The notes: generated by a model not told the origin, from the sequence alone. A stretch of 64,000 nt of DNA from Candidatus Obscuribacteraceae bacterium (GCA_044226015.1 JBGAHS010000004.1:32001-96000); one strand, 5' to 3'. Numbered from the stretch's first letter, positions 9,843-20,299 are shown. Made by a program: numbers and translations.

Positions 9843-10703
9843 CTATTTCCTGCGTGATTTGTCTAATTCATCAATCCAGTTTTTGATTTCATCAGCGACT
9901 TCGTCAACCTGAGGGTCAAACATGAGGTCATGCCAGGCGTCTGTCATGTGAACGTGCTTTTTGAAGGGTGCCGTCAGGCGCTTGAACAGGCGCTCATTTA
10001 CCTCATTGTTTACGACTTTTTCCTGTCCTGCGGTTATCATCAATATTGGAACATTCACGGACTTCAGATTTGCAAGTACGTGTTTTGATAACTTGAGTAA
10101 CTCAAAAAGCATATACCCAGGTACAGCTACTTTCTTGGAAGTGTCGTTGTCCAGCCAAGTTAGGACATTTTTGTCTCTCGTAACTATTTCAAATCCATAT
10201 GGCAATGCGACTTCTTTCTGAGGACTCAGAAGTGCAGAGAGAACTGATCTGATTTTGTACGGAAGTGAAAAAGTTTTTGGATGCCCGTCAAATCCTGGTG
10301 AAAATATTACGATGCCATCTGGCTCAACTAAAGCGCTGCTCGCCATAACAACGAGCCCGCCCATACTGTTTCCCATCAGATAAAACGGCAAAGTCGCATA
10401 CTTCTTTTTGATCGAATTTACCAGCTCAACCAGATCAGAAATCCAATCGCGGTATGAATGCAACCCTTTGTCAGAGCGTGATCCAAAACCTTTCTGATCG
10501 TATGCAATGACAAAAAAATGTCGAGAGGCTAACTCTTTTGCTGCTGCTTCAAACCATCCACTATGCGCTCCCAGCCCGTGCACAAGCAGTGCTACAGCGG
10601 ATGATTCGTCGACGTTTCCCCATGTGCGCACGCGGAATTTCTCTGCCTGAATACTAAATTCTTCGAACTTGCAAGATGGGTCTAGAACTAAACTTGGTAT
10701 CAT
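9843..10703 (-). CDS. alpha/beta hydrolase, lysophospholipase/monoacylglycerol lipase type
   Basis: VHGLGAH, YDQKGFGS, nucleophile GNSMGG, WH near the C-terminus. Confidence 0.9.
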   Translation of the reverse strand: MIPSLVLDPSCKFEEFSIQAEKFRVRTWGNVDESSAVALLVHGLGAHSGWFEAAAKELASRHFFVIAYDQKGFGSRSDKGLHSYRDWISDLVELVNSIKKKYATLPFYLMGNSMGGLVVMASSALVEPDGIVIFSPGFDGHPKTFSLPYKIRSVLSALLSPQKEVALPYGFEIVTRDKNVLTWLDNDTSKKVAVPGYMLFELLKLSKHVLANLKSVNVPILMITAGQEKVVNNEVNERLFKRLTAPFKKHVHMTDAWHDLMFDPQVDEVADEIKNWIDELDKSRRK

Positions 10704-10724
10704 CGCTCTTCTCTGTGCTTCTAA

Positions 10725-12191
10725 CTAACGTTCTTTTACGACTGGCAATTCCCTTATCAATCTGCCCTTCCAATAGATCAACACTGATAGCTGGTGCTCA
10801 GCTCTGACGATATTCGGACAAGAAAAGTAAAGCACTCTTGTCTGTCCTGCTAGCATCGGATGGCTACTTCCTGCTGCAGAAACAGTCACGGTGCCCATCT
10901 TCTTCTTTGATGTTTTGTCATAAAAAGCGACTGTCAAAGAAAGATCAGCAATAGGGTCGCTGCCAATATTCTTTAGTTTAATTTCCCCTTCCGGAGTAAA
11001 GCTCCCCTTAGACAGCCAGATTCGCGAGGTCGCCAATGAAATAGGCGGATTGCCGGGCAGGCTATCAGGATTCTCAGTTGCCTTAATAGGTTCAGCTTCA
11101 GGGTTCAATTCTTTTTGTAGGGCTTTGATCATTTCTGCCACTCGCTCTATGCGGCTCTTGACGCTGAGTGATTCCTCAAGCTTGTTCTTCTTAGTCAGCT
11201 CAAGTTGCCAATCGACAAGCGCTGACTCAAGATTCTTCATCAAGTCGAGGTCCTTGGGCGAAAGATTGCTGGCTTCCTCCAGTGCTCTAACTGCGCCGGC
11301 ATAGTTAGCTAATTTCATATCGATTGACGCCAGCATTTGATAATTTTCGACGCTGTGCTCTTTATCTGCAAGCTCAGAAGCGGCTTCTTGTGCGCCCTGG
11401 TAGTCTTCGGTTTTAATTGAGAGGTCTATTAATTTGTGGCGCGCTTCAAGATTGTTTGGGTCAGCTTTGCAAACAAGTTTCAAATGTGTGTTAGCTTTTG
11501 CGCATTCGCCATTTTTTGTATAGAGATTTGCAAGTGCAATTCTGCTAGCTGGCTCATCGGCAAAGGTCAGGCTCTTTTCCAATAATTCTATGGCTTTGTT
11601 ATCGTTGCCTTCTTGTGTTTCTTCAATAGCCGCTTGTTGTCGGTATAGTTCTGCTAGCGTATGTGTTTGTTTGTCTGAGCGTGAGCCTTCCATGCTCGCA
11701 AGTGTTTCTAGATGCGAAATCGCTTGAGCGATTTCCCCCTTTTTTGCCTCATCGTCTGACCATTCTGTATAGATTGTTTTTCTTTCTTCTAGAAAATCGG
11801 TGCTTGGACAGAGAGGAATGGTCGAGTTCAGAAGCTTTTCTGCTTCACCAAAATCGAACCTTTGTCGGTAATACTTTGAGAAATTCAAAACAATGGGCGT
11901 AATTGTCTGGCAAGAAATTTTTTGCTTAATCGCCGTATCTAATGCAGTTCTTCCTTCTGCGAGTCTGTCAGTACTCAGGTAACATTGCGCCAACCAGGGA
12001 AGGTACATGCTGCTATCGGGCTGTTTTTGAGCCAGGTCTTCAAGAATAGGCAAGGCCGCCGCCGCGCGATTCGCTTTAATCAACGAAATCGCTTCTTCCA
12101 GAGGCGTTTGAGGAATATGTATGAAAAAAGCAAGAGGAGCCAACAAGAGCACGAGCAAGATCCAGAGCCACTTAGGAGGCTTTCGCTTCAC
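10725..12191 (-). CDS. membrane-anchored TPR protein with a C-terminal beta-sandwich-like domain
   Basis: N-terminal TM segment, TPR-like helices, beta-rich C-terminus (GEIKLKNIGS..LSLTVAFYD). Confidence 0.8.
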   Translation of the reverse strand: MKRKPPKWLWILLVLLLAPLAFFIHIPQTPLEEAISLIKANRAAAALPILEDLAQKQPDSSMYLPWLAQCYLSTDRLAEGRTALDTAIKQKISCQTITPIVLNFSKYYRQRFDFGEAEKLLNSTIPLCPSTDFLEERKTIYTEWSDDEAKKGEIAQAISHLETLASMEGSRSDKQTHTLAELYRQQAAIEETQEGNDNKAIELLEKSLTFADEPASRIALANLYTKNGECAKANTHLKLVCKADPNNLEARHKLIDLSIKTEDYQGAQEAASELADKEHSVENYQMLASIDMKLANYAGAVRALEEASNLSPKDLDLMKNLESALVDWQLELTKKNKLEESLSVKSRIERVAEMIKALQKELNPEAEPIKATENPDSLPGNPPISLATSRIWLSKGSFTPEGEIKLKNIGSDPIADLSLTVAFYDKTSKKKMGTVTVSAAGSSHPMLAGQTRVLYFSCPNIVRAEHQLSVLIYWKGRLIRELPVVKER

Positions 12192-12388
12192 AGTAGCTGA
12201 CGAACTTGTATTCGATTCGTCGTGTAGGTTTCCGGCTATGACGACTCTCCCGCTCTCGTTTCTTGTATCTGTTTATTAAATCATGAACTTAGACTGCCAG
12301 GCGTTGCGCTGTTTCTGCGCTTACCGTGTGCATATAATTGCTAAGTGTTAGACTATCAGCAAGATATAGCGAAAGGGATGCCTGTCTA

Positions 12389-12856
12389 ATGGAAAGTGCT
12401 GAAACACCTCCTTGCAAGCACGAGTATGTCCGAATTTTTCAGCGAAAGCTGAAAGGGCTCGAACGACGATTAGTTTCGACTAAAGCTTACCTGCCGGTCG
12501 GTTTCAAAATGGCTGACTTCGGCCATTTGAGTGAAGGCAGCTTCTGTTTCTGCACAAAGTGTCGAGCCAGGCTCTTTCCCAAGCGCACAGCTGCGGAGAA
12601 AGCTCAAGCCCGACTCGCCAACCAGGCGAAAATGGCTGCCGCTGCAGAGGCAAGAGAAGCAGACTACGATTCTGATAGTTCTGTTGAAGACTTTGTTGAC
12701 AGTTTGCTGGCTGAAGACGCTGAAGAAGAGGATGATAAGAAAAATTCAGCTGCTTCAATATCTGTGGAAGAACTTGAAATTGTGCCTACAGAACTGGAAG
12801 AGCTAGCTGAAAGTGGGTCTGATCTTTCAGAAGAAGACGAGTCCGACGACGGTTAG
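12389..12856 (+). CDS. hypothetical protein with putative Zn ligands and an acidic tail
   Basis: CKH...FCFCTKC; Asp/Glu-rich C-terminal half; ATG 12389 preferred. Confidence 0.75.
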   Translation: MESAETPPCKHEYVRIFQRKLKGLERRLVSTKAYLPVGFKMADFGHLSEGSFCFCTKCRARLFPKRTAAEKAQARLANQAKMAAAAEAREADYDSDSSVEDFVDSLLAEDAEEEDDKKNSAASISVEELEIVPTELEELAESGSDLSEEDESDDG

Positions 12857-12898
12857 TTCGCGCTATCTGCAACAATTGCATCTTGATGGGAGGATAAA

Positions 12899-13036
12899 AT
12901 GAATTCAGCAGGGTTACTTATGAAGCTCTTTCTAGCGCTGATTGCGTTTCCGCCATTTTATATAGTCGCAAAATATTTGCGTTGGTGCAGTAAACAAGAA
13001 CAAGATAAGATTGAACAGGACGAAGAAGAGTCCTAA
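12899..13036 (+). CDS. small single-TM protein (45 aa), not in the ORF track
   Basis: SD GGGAGG then ATG; MNSAGLLMKLFLALIAFPPFYIVAKYLRWCSKQEQDKIEQDEEES. Confidence 0.65.
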   Translation: MNSAGLLMKLFLALIAFPPFYIVAKYLRWCSKQEQDKIEQDEEES

Positions 13037-13177
13037 TTTAGGCTCTTGCCTTCGTTTGCACCGCACATTTTCAGCAATTTGTGGGAAGATGAGTACAGGG
13101 GCTACGAATTTTACTATTTGACTTTACTTCCAGTTTGAGCACTTTTGTGTAGTCCTCGCCCGGCTGGTGACAATAAA

Positions 13178-13771
13178 ATGGCACGATACCTGGCAAGAAT
13201 TATCAGAGCTGTCGTCGTCTCCATTTTTGGGGTTGGCGGTGGCATTGGCATGCTCGCCTTTATTGCTCTGGTTGTCCTGCGGTCAGACCAGATAACAGCA
13301 ATAGAAATGGCAATTCAGTCAGCGATTGTCATCGGGCTGGCGTTTGGTTGCTTTATGGCACTTGTATTCCTTCTGACTGATTTGACCATGCGCTTGACAG
13401 TAGCCCACGGTCGTTATGAAGAAATTTGGGAACTTGAGCAAACCCGAACCATAGAGCTTAAAGGCAGTCTTCGAGATGTCAGACGCCTCTGTCGTGAGGC
13501 ACTGCTGGCGGTGCCAAATTTAAAGTCTGTGGCAGAGGAAAGCGACCAACCGGGGCTAACTGCATCAACGGGAAACAGCTGGCGTTCGGCTGGCGAACAA
13601 GTCGAAGTAAGCTTTGAACCAGTAGAGGAAAATCGCTGGATGATTAAATGCGAGAGTCACTGTACCCAAAAGAATATCGCATACGATTACGCGAAGAATT
13701 ACGAAAATGTGGAGAGCTGGTTACGCCGTCTTTCCAAGCTTCGAGAAGACCAGGAAAAAGCTCTTGGGTGA
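13178..13771 (+). CDS. hypothetical membrane protein (2 TM plus soluble domain)
   Basis: Two hydrophobic segments, then WRSAGEQVEV-type domain. Confidence 0.8.
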   Translation: MARYLARIIRAVVVSIFGVGGGIGMLAFIALVVLRSDQITAIEMAIQSAIVIGLAFGCFMALVFLLTDLTMRLTVAHGRYEEIWELEQTRTIELKGSLRDVRRLCREALLAVPNLKSVAEESDQPGLTASTGNSWRSAGEQVEVSFEPVEENRWMIKCESHCTQKNIAYDYAKNYENVESWLRRLSKLREDQEKALG

Positions 13772-13827
13772 AATGTGACGATCAGCTGGCAAATTTGGTG
13801 GTTTAGTGATGCCACTGTATTTGATGC

Positions 13828-14208
13828 CTAAGTTTTTTTTCTCAGGTCTGGAACTAGTAGATTGAATGGAAGATTTGATTTCGTATTGGTGTGCAAAAAC
13901 ATATGCCTGTCGCCTTCTTTTCCCATGTACCGACAGACTACTGTTTCTCCTACAGTGAACGCTGTCGCAGAATTCAGCACACCTAACCATCCAGTGCTTG
14001 GAACGAACACCGAATAACTTTGTTGATCAACAGCAATGATTTTGCATTGAAACAGTGGAATGCTCTTCTTATTACTTTTTGAGGCGGACATGGGCGATAT
14101 GCTTGATGGAAGGCGCTCGTGCAATATCTCTTTAGCCTCTTCTTCGGAAAGACCGAGAATGCTTGCTAACTTAGCAATGCTGCTTTGCTTATCGAATTGC
14201 TCAGCCAT
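13828..14208 (-). CDS. hypothetical protein, possible OB-fold-like C-terminal part
   Basis: SD GGGAG and ATG; beta-rich segment CKIIAVDQQSYSVFV..FTVGETVVC. Confidence 0.6.
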   Translation of the reverse strand: MAEQFDKQSSIAKLASILGLSEEEAKEILHERLPSSISPMSASKSNKKSIPLFQCKIIAVDQQSYSVFVPSTGWLGVLNSATAFTVGETVVCRYMGKEGDRHMFLHTNTKSNLPFNLLVPDLRKKT

Positions 14209-14393
14209 GAGTTTAACTCCCGTCTCTATAGATTATCGCAGTTTTGCCTTGCCTTTGTTCTAAATTACAGTCTGTTAGAAGAGCCTATTTTGCCTTCCCC
14301 TTTCGTATAACAAGAATTGCTTACTTGTAAACATCTAGGCAATCAAATAAAAATGTGAAAGACTTTTGTGCGGCTATTTTGGAGGTCTTTTGT

Positions 14394-15599
14394 TTGAAGA
14401 AGTATTCCTTATTTCTGGCAGCTTTTGCTTTGATGCTTGCTTCGCCCAATATCTCCCTGGCAGAAGGCTCTAACAAGATTTCATTCAAAACCCTCTGGTC
14501 CGCGCCAAACACGGAAATATCGAGCGCAAGTTTTTTCAAGAATGGCAAGTCTATTCTGATCTGCAGGCGCGCTCATATGCCTGACGGACACGAGGCGGAA
14601 GCTTACGGAGAAAAGGAAATCATAGCGATGGATGCCCGCGCTAAGAAAGATCCTCGCTGGAATGATCCCGAAGTAGTTTCTATATCGATACCGCAGGGAA
14701 AAGCAGAGAAGATTGACTTTGGCTGGAATCCGGTCAGCTCGCGAGATGATAGCCGAGTGTTCTACTCAAGCCAGAAAACCTCTATCACGGGCAAGCGCGT
14801 GTTAGCGAAAACCCAGGAGATGAATGAAATTTGCGCTTATGATAATTTGACTAAGAAGATTTCAGTCTTGGCAAAACCAGCTAAAGGCTATCTCGATACG
14901 CCGATGCTGAGCCCTGATGGGCGAAGCTTAGCATACGAAATTTGTGATGTGGTAAATGGCGATTATGGTGGATGCGTTGGTTTAGGTTTGATTGATCTCA
15001 GTACCGGTAAATTCAAAGCTGGAGTAAAACCAGCAGAGCACCACAAGCTACCCGACTTGATTCGAACACCATTCTGGGCGGAAGATCAGTTGATTGCAGT
15101 GCGAGAAATTCCCTTGAAACCTGGTGTTTACATGTCCGATGCCTATGCCAAAGAAATTGTCAATTGCACGAATGGCGTGAAAGTTCTTTATAAAAGCAAA
15201 GCTAATTCTGAAGCCGATTTCAAAGCAAAGCTTTCCTCTGACAATATGATTGAGGTTTTTGACGACGAAAAGCATCTGAAACTTGATACTAAGACTGGTA
15301 AACAGATTCGGATTGAGGACCGTCGAACGCCTCCATACATTTATAGTCCTGACAAAAAGTTCCGTATTCTTCAAACCGATAACATTGAAGTGCAAGCTGT
15401 TAAAACAGGCAAAGTGATAGTGAAGCTGAAGAATCCGGTGGATCCTTCGGCTGACGGGTGTCTTGATCCACAACTCATCTGGTCTGCTGACTCAAGTATG
15501 CTTGCTCTAATTGTTGATAAAGCAAAAAATGTGAAAGGGCAAATGGTGTTCGATCGCAGCGAATTAAAAATTCTAGACCTGCGCAATGTGAAAATTTAA
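14394..15599 (+). CDS. secreted TolB/PD40-like beta-propeller protein
   Basis: Signal peptide; P.LSPDGRSLAY, YSPDKK, WSADSSMLA; TTG start after SD GGAGG. Confidence 0.75.
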   Translation: MKKYSLFLAAFALMLASPNISLAEGSNKISFKTLWSAPNTEISSASFFKNGKSILICRRAHMPDGHEAEAYGEKEIIAMDARAKKDPRWNDPEVVSISIPQGKAEKIDFGWNPVSSRDDSRVFYSSQKTSITGKRVLAKTQEMNEICAYDNLTKKISVLAKPAKGYLDTPMLSPDGRSLAYEICDVVNGDYGGCVGLGLIDLSTGKFKAGVKPAEHHKLPDLIRTPFWAEDQLIAVREIPLKPGVYMSDAYAKEIVNCTNGVKVLYKSKANSEADFKAKLSSDNMIEVFDDEKHLKLDTKTGKQIRIEDRRTPPYIYSPDKKFRILQTDNIEVQAVKTGKVIVKLKNPVDPSADGCLDPQLIWSADSSMLALIVDKAKNVKGQMVFDRSELKILDLRNVKI

Positions 15600-15654
15600 G
15601 ACGCCGCGTGATGCTATCATAAGGTGGTTTAGCGCAGTCAGGTCAAGGCAATTC

Positions 15655-16647
15655 GTGAGCCAATTTGATGAAAATGAACCGGTAGAAGAAGTTCAATCAG
15701 CGGGTTCTTCGGAGATTGGTAGCAGTCAGGGGCTAACGATTAAAGTTCCTGCTGCTGTGGGAAATTTTGGTCCTGGTTTTGAAACCTTCGGTTTAGCTGT
15801 AAATCTCTATCTCCGTGTGTCCGTAAAGGTTCAGGCTCCGAGAAAAAAACAAGGTATTGAAATTGTTCTGAGGGGTAGTATCGCTGAGCAAGTTCCGAGT
15901 GACTCCACTAACTTGATTGCTAAAGTCATTGAACATGCCTGGCCGCAAGATCCTCGTCTCCTGTCGTGCTTGAGCGTCACTATAGAGTCAGGCATTCCAG
16001 TTTCTGTTGGACTGGGGTCGAGTGCCACTGCCACTATATCTGGTGTTACAGCAGCACTAGCGTTGAGTGGAATTCCTTTGGAAAAGGGACGAATATTTGA
16101 CCTCGTGTTGAAAGTCGAAGGGCACGCTGAAAGCGCTTGTGCCTCTGTTTTTGGGGGATTTACCCTCTGTGCTCCTAACATAATTCCGGGCGATTATCTG
16201 CCAAGGAAATTGGTCTGGCCTGATAAGTGGAAACTAATAGCGGTGATGCCGCAATATAAGGTTTCTTCCAAAAAGGCCCGGGCTGCGCTTCCCGCATCTG
16301 TTAGCTATAAAGATGCGATAATGAATGTTCAGAGAGCCGCACTGCTTGTAGAAGCAGTGGCAGCTGGCGACGATGAGGGAATGCGAGCTGCTTTGAGGGA
16401 TCGCCTGCATGAGCCTTATAAAGGAAAGCTTGTGCCAGAATTAGCAGATCTTAGAAAATACCTTCAAGAAAGCGATGCGCTGGGAACGGTACTTAGTGGA
16501 AGCGGTCCGACCATGCTGACAATTGTGAATGAACGCTACAAGACGGGTGTAATTCAACAGTTGGAGTCCTGGGTTGAAGGTCAAAAGACTCCATGCCAGC
16601 TTATGGAATTACAAGTTGATACAGATGGCTTGATTGTGGACTCGTGA
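15655..16647 (+). CDS. thrB: homoserine kinase family (GHMP), divergent active site
   Basis: VPAAVGNFGPGFE, IPVSVGLGSS, LSGSGPT. Confidence 0.8.
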   Translation: MSQFDENEPVEEVQSAGSSEIGSSQGLTIKVPAAVGNFGPGFETFGLAVNLYLRVSVKVQAPRKKQGIEIVLRGSIAEQVPSDSTNLIAKVIEHAWPQDPRLLSCLSVTIESGIPVSVGLGSSATATISGVTAALALSGIPLEKGRIFDLVLKVEGHAESACASVFGGFTLCAPNIIPGDYLPRKLVWPDKWKLIAVMPQYKVSSKKARAALPASVSYKDAIMNVQRAALLVEAVAAGDDEGMRAALRDRLHEPYKGKLVPELADLRKYLQESDALGTVLSGSGPTMLTIVNERYKTGVIQQLESWVEGQKTPCQLMELQVDTDGLIVDS

Positions 16648-16916
16648 GCTTCCGGTAATCAGCGTCCCAATACGCGAAACAGTGTACGAAAATCCGCAAA
16701 AATTAGTACTCATAAACACTTTGGGCTGCACCATGAGAACAATTCCACCATTAACGGGCGTTAATGAGTGTGTGATTGAACAGTGTATCTTGCCAAAATT
16801 TTGCCACAATTAAATCACTGGGACCTTTTACTCATTAAATGAAATTCGCGACAAGCATCTACCTTGTTCGCGCGGCGTCGGCTCAGTCAATTCAGTTACG
16901 GGGAGCGGATTGGACA

Positions 16917-18116
16917 ATGGGCAACGAAAATGTTCGTGATAATTCTGAAGCAGCTGTGCGTGATAAATCCAGAGAAGGGTCTGAAGAAAGACAAGCAACT
17001 GGTGCATTGCAAGAACAAGCAAATGATATTCGCAAAAACGAAAGACCTTCGGCAATAGCTGCTGACGAAAAATCTCTCGGCTTGCCAACGCTTTCTCTCG
17101 TTGACACCACCCCTGGTGCAAAAGACCTCTTCGACATGCATCAGGGCGCTGTTGATAAGAAAACTGCTGCTGAGCGAGTTGATGATGTCAGAAACGGTGG
17201 TCAGAAGATATTAGACCCCGACAAAACTTCTTCCAAGCATCTGACGGAAGCACAGGAAAAAGATGGACTCGTTCAATCAAAGGAAGGACCATATCAGGTA
17301 GCAGAACGTTTGTTGGGTAAGAGTGCATCACAAGAAGAGAAGATGGCGCTAGTGAAGGCTATGAGAAGCCAGTACAACGAGGAGACTGCTAACAAAGATC
17401 CCCATATGAAGAGCCTTTCTGTTGGTCGCAGCCTCCTGAACGAGCAGAACTATGACAAAGTCATTGCTAATATCAAGGACGAAGCTCTCCAGAAGAGCGT
17501 AGTTTCTAAGTTAGAGCAAAAGCAAAACAACGAGCCAAAGAAAGTTGAGCCTAAGCAAGATGACCAGAAAAAACTCGAACCTAAGGTTGAGCCAAAAGTA
17601 GAACCAAAAGTTGAGCCAAAGGTTGAGCCTAAAGTAGAACCTAAAAAAGAAGATCCAAAAGACTCCAAAGCTGAGCCTGGCAAGGATGCTCCAAAGCCTG
17701 AAAAGGCAGAACCGGTAGAGCAAAAGCTTGGGCCGTTAGGCTCGAAGTTTATTCCAGTTACAGAGAAGCAACCAGAAAAATCCACTATTGCTTCAGTTTA
17801 CAGCTCCGGTCATACGACGGCTTCTACCCGTCATTTCAATCCCAATGAGCCTACTGTCGCCATCAAACCAGAGGTTGCTAAAGCCATGGGGCTCCGTTTC
17901 GGAGACGTTATAAAAATAACGCGCGGGGAAAAGAGCACGGAAGCCGTGTACACCGATGCTGGTCCGTTCGTTAAGGGACGCGCAATTGACCTTTCTACAG
18001 CTGTAGGACGAAGACTCGGAATTACTTCTGATGGTATCGGAATCGCTCCCGTTAAGTTCGAGAAGATCGGAAGAGAGCCAGGTTTCATGGGGCACTCCAA
18101 AAGAAAACGCCACTAA
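16917..18116 (+). CDS. polar leader + LysM-like domain + EPK linker + RlpA-like DPBB lytic transglycosylase
   Basis: ASVYS..TAS...DAGPFVKGRAIDLS; no signal peptide or lipobox. Confidence 0.85.
   Translation: MGNENVRDNSEAAVRDKSREGSEERQATGALQEQANDIRKNERPSAIAADEKSLGLPTLSLVDTTPGAKDLFDMHQGAVDKKTAAERVDDVRNGGQKILDPDKTSSKHLTEAQEKDGLVQSKEGPYQVAERLLGKSASQEEKMALVKAMRSQYNEETANKDPHMKSLSVGRSLLNEQNYDKVIANIKDEALQKSVVSKLEQKQNNEPKKVEPKQDDQKKLEPKVEPKVEPKVEPKVEPKVEPKKEDPKDSKAEPGKDAPKPEKAEPVEQKLGPLGSKFIPVTEKQPEKSTIASVYSSGHTTASTRHFNPNEPTVAIKPEVAKAMGLRFGDVIKITRGEKSTEAVYTDAGPFVKGRAIDLSTAVGRRLGITSDGIGIAPVKFEKIGREPGFMGHSKRKRH
17574..17645 (+). repeat. 12-bp coding tandem repeat, (V/L)EPK x6
   Basis: GTTGAGCCAAAA-type units with synonymous variation. 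Confidence 0.9.
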
Positions 18117-18332
18117 GAAGCAGGTGAAAAGTGCCAGCAATGACACTTCTTTCCACGCGGTCATTTCTTGATGAAGGTCTGATTGCCGGTAGAGATTTCA
18201 TTTAGTTAATCAATTCTATCGTTGGCAACCTGAGCAATTGCAGCTCGTTCTTGGTTAAAGCATGAGAGCCATCACCGGGAATTGTGGAATAGTCTCAGAG
18301 TATAATCTCTGGGCTGATTGGAGTTGTGAGGA

Positions 18333-19421
18333 ATGACCGAACAGGGCGCAATTGCTCTACCTTCTGTGGAATCTCGAGTCTTTGGAGTACTCTCTGATGG
18401 AACCGAGATTCGAGAATACACATTGCGAAATTCTCGTGGGATGGTTTTGAAGGTCATAAATTATGGCGCTGTCATTACAGAGTGCCTGGTTCCCGATCTC
18501 CATGGTGAGACAGTCAACGTCTGTCTGGGTTTTGATAATTTGGAATCGTATGTTGCCAAACATCCTCGCTTTGGCTCAACCATTGGGCGATATGCTAATC
18601 GAATAAGTAACGCCCAGTTCAAGCTTGACGGTAAGACCTATAAGCTTGCGGCTAATAAGGGCACTAGTACCATCCATGGTGGCAATGTTGGTTTTGACAA
18701 GAAGGTTTGGAAGGTCGAAGATACTGGACACACTCCAGCAAATGCTTGGATAGAAATGAGCTACCTTAGCCCCGACATGGAAGAGGGGTTTCCTGGAAAT
18801 TTGAAGGTTGAGATTACTTTCGCACTAGATGAGAGCAATTCTGTTTTCATTAAATACAGAGCGAAGTCAGATAAGCCTACTCCTGTAAATTTGACTAACC
18901 ACAGCTATTTCAATCTTGCAGGCGCTGGCAACGGAAATGTCCTATCTCACGTGGTCAGTTTCAACTCGAATTTATACACTCCTTTGAATGACAGCCTTGT
19001 TCCGACGGGAGAAATAGCTCCTGTGGACAACACTCCGTTCGATTTCAGGCGTCTCACGAAGATAGGCGCTCGAATCGAAAAGGCAGGCGGGTACGATCTG
19101 AATTACATCATTAATGGGAGCCCTGGAGTCATAGGAAGCGCAGGTGCGGTCATCGATCCAGATTCTGGGCGTGTTTTGAGCGTATACACAGACCAGCCAG
19201 CCTTCCAGTTCTTTACTGCCAACTCTTTTGATGGCTCCATCGTAGGAAAGGGTGGCGCCTACAACGCCTATGCAGGATTTTGCATCGAAACTCAGCATTA
19301 TCCAGACAGCGTGAACCAGCCATCGTTTCCCAACACAATTCTGCGTCCCGAAGAAGAGTTTTCCTCAGTAACACAGTACGCCTTTTCAAATATGCCCCAC
19401 GGCTGGATCTTCTTCGAATAG
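18333..19421 (+). CDS. galM: aldose 1-epimerase
   Basis: GRYANRI, HGG, GFPG, NLTNHSYFNL, CIETQHYPD. Confidence 0.96.
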   Translation: MTEQGAIALPSVESRVFGVLSDGTEIREYTLRNSRGMVLKVINYGAVITECLVPDLHGETVNVCLGFDNLESYVAKHPRFGSTIGRYANRISNAQFKLDGKTYKLAANKGTSTIHGGNVGFDKKVWKVEDTGHTPANAWIEMSYLSPDMEEGFPGNLKVEITFALDESNSVFIKYRAKSDKPTPVNLTNHSYFNLAGAGNGNVLSHVVSFNSNLYTPLNDSLVPTGEIAPVDNTPFDFRRLTKIGARIEKAGGYDLNYIINGSPGVIGSAGAVIDPDSGRVLSVYTDQPAFQFFTANSFDGSIVGKGGAYNAYAGFCIETQHYPDSVNQPSFPNTILRPEEEFSSVTQYAFSNMPHGWIFFE

Positions 19422-19525
19422 TCTCAGCTGGCTGCTGTTTCTATAACCGCTTTCACGATTTCACAATCAGCTAACGTTGTGCGTCTAAATTGTTTAGAAC
19501 AGGGCACCGGAATTTGAGGTGAGTG

Positions 19526-20299
19526 ATGAGCGCTAAATATAGAAATAGAAAGAAAGGCAGAAGAGTAAACGGCAGTGTTCTTTTTGAGTCTGCAGCCGGC
19601 ATGACCGTTATTAGTATTTTCTTGGTGCTTGTTTCTGCCTTTGCGGTTAACACTTTCAGCTATATGGTTTATGGAGCAAAGATTCAAGTCATTGCAAATG
19701 CAGTTGCGAAGCAGGTAAGCAATCGTACATTCTGGTTGGGTGCTCGTCGCCCGCTATTTCAGCGCACCGGCAGTGGTCTAGCAAAGACTAGAGAACTTGC
19801 AAATGACTATGCGAAAAGACTTGGTGAAATTTACGGTTTGCCAATTTCTCCTGTAGTCACTTTTCCTGATGCGCCTGATGAACAGGTTAACGGTGTTGCG
19901 TTTACTCCTGTTACCGTGTCAATGTCGCAGATTCCGCTGCCGTTTAAGTTTCGTTCTATCTTTCCTGAGTTCTTTAGTGTTTCAGCAGTTGGTATCGCAT
20001 CCGAACAAGTCGATGCCCCTCCGGCGTTCATTCGGCTTGGATTTAAGCTAATAGATCCTTCTGTATCTAATCCCTCCGTTACTAACAACACGCAGGTCGT
20101 TATGATTCCCGCCTATGGTTTTCAAACCGACTCAGGACTGACAAGCGCCAATCTCGGTGGCACTAGTAATAACAATGATGTGGTAGGTAATCAGCCAGAT
20201 CCTCGCTACTGTTTGTGGGCTGGGATAAATGGACAACTGCGCTCGAATGCGCCATACATTACGGGACCGAACGGAAAACAAATTCTTTCGTTCAATTGA
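19526..20299 (+). CDS. TadE/Flp-type pseudopilin-like protein, paralog 1
   Basis: Basic leader RRVNG|SVLFE then hydrophobic helix (class III signal). Confidence 0.72.
   Translation: MSAKYRNRKKGRRVNGSVLFESAAGMTVISIFLVLVSAFAVNTFSYMVYGAKIQVIANAVAKQVSNRTFWLGARRPLFQRTGSGLAKTRELANDYAKRLGEIYGLPISPVVTFPDAPDEQVNGVAFTPVTVSMSQIPLPFKFRSIFPEFFSVSAVGIASEQVDAPPAFIRLGFKLIDPSVSNPSVTNNTQVVMIPAYGFQTDSGLTSANLGGTSNNNDVVGNQPDPRYCLWAGINGQLRSNAPYITGPNGKQILSFN

Noticed and set aside
16839..16916. Longer ORF-track starts for the leader-motif genes (also 28034-28150 and 47879-47902)
   Set aside because: Downstream ATGs align the shared motif better, and the extensions are not convincing signal peptides.
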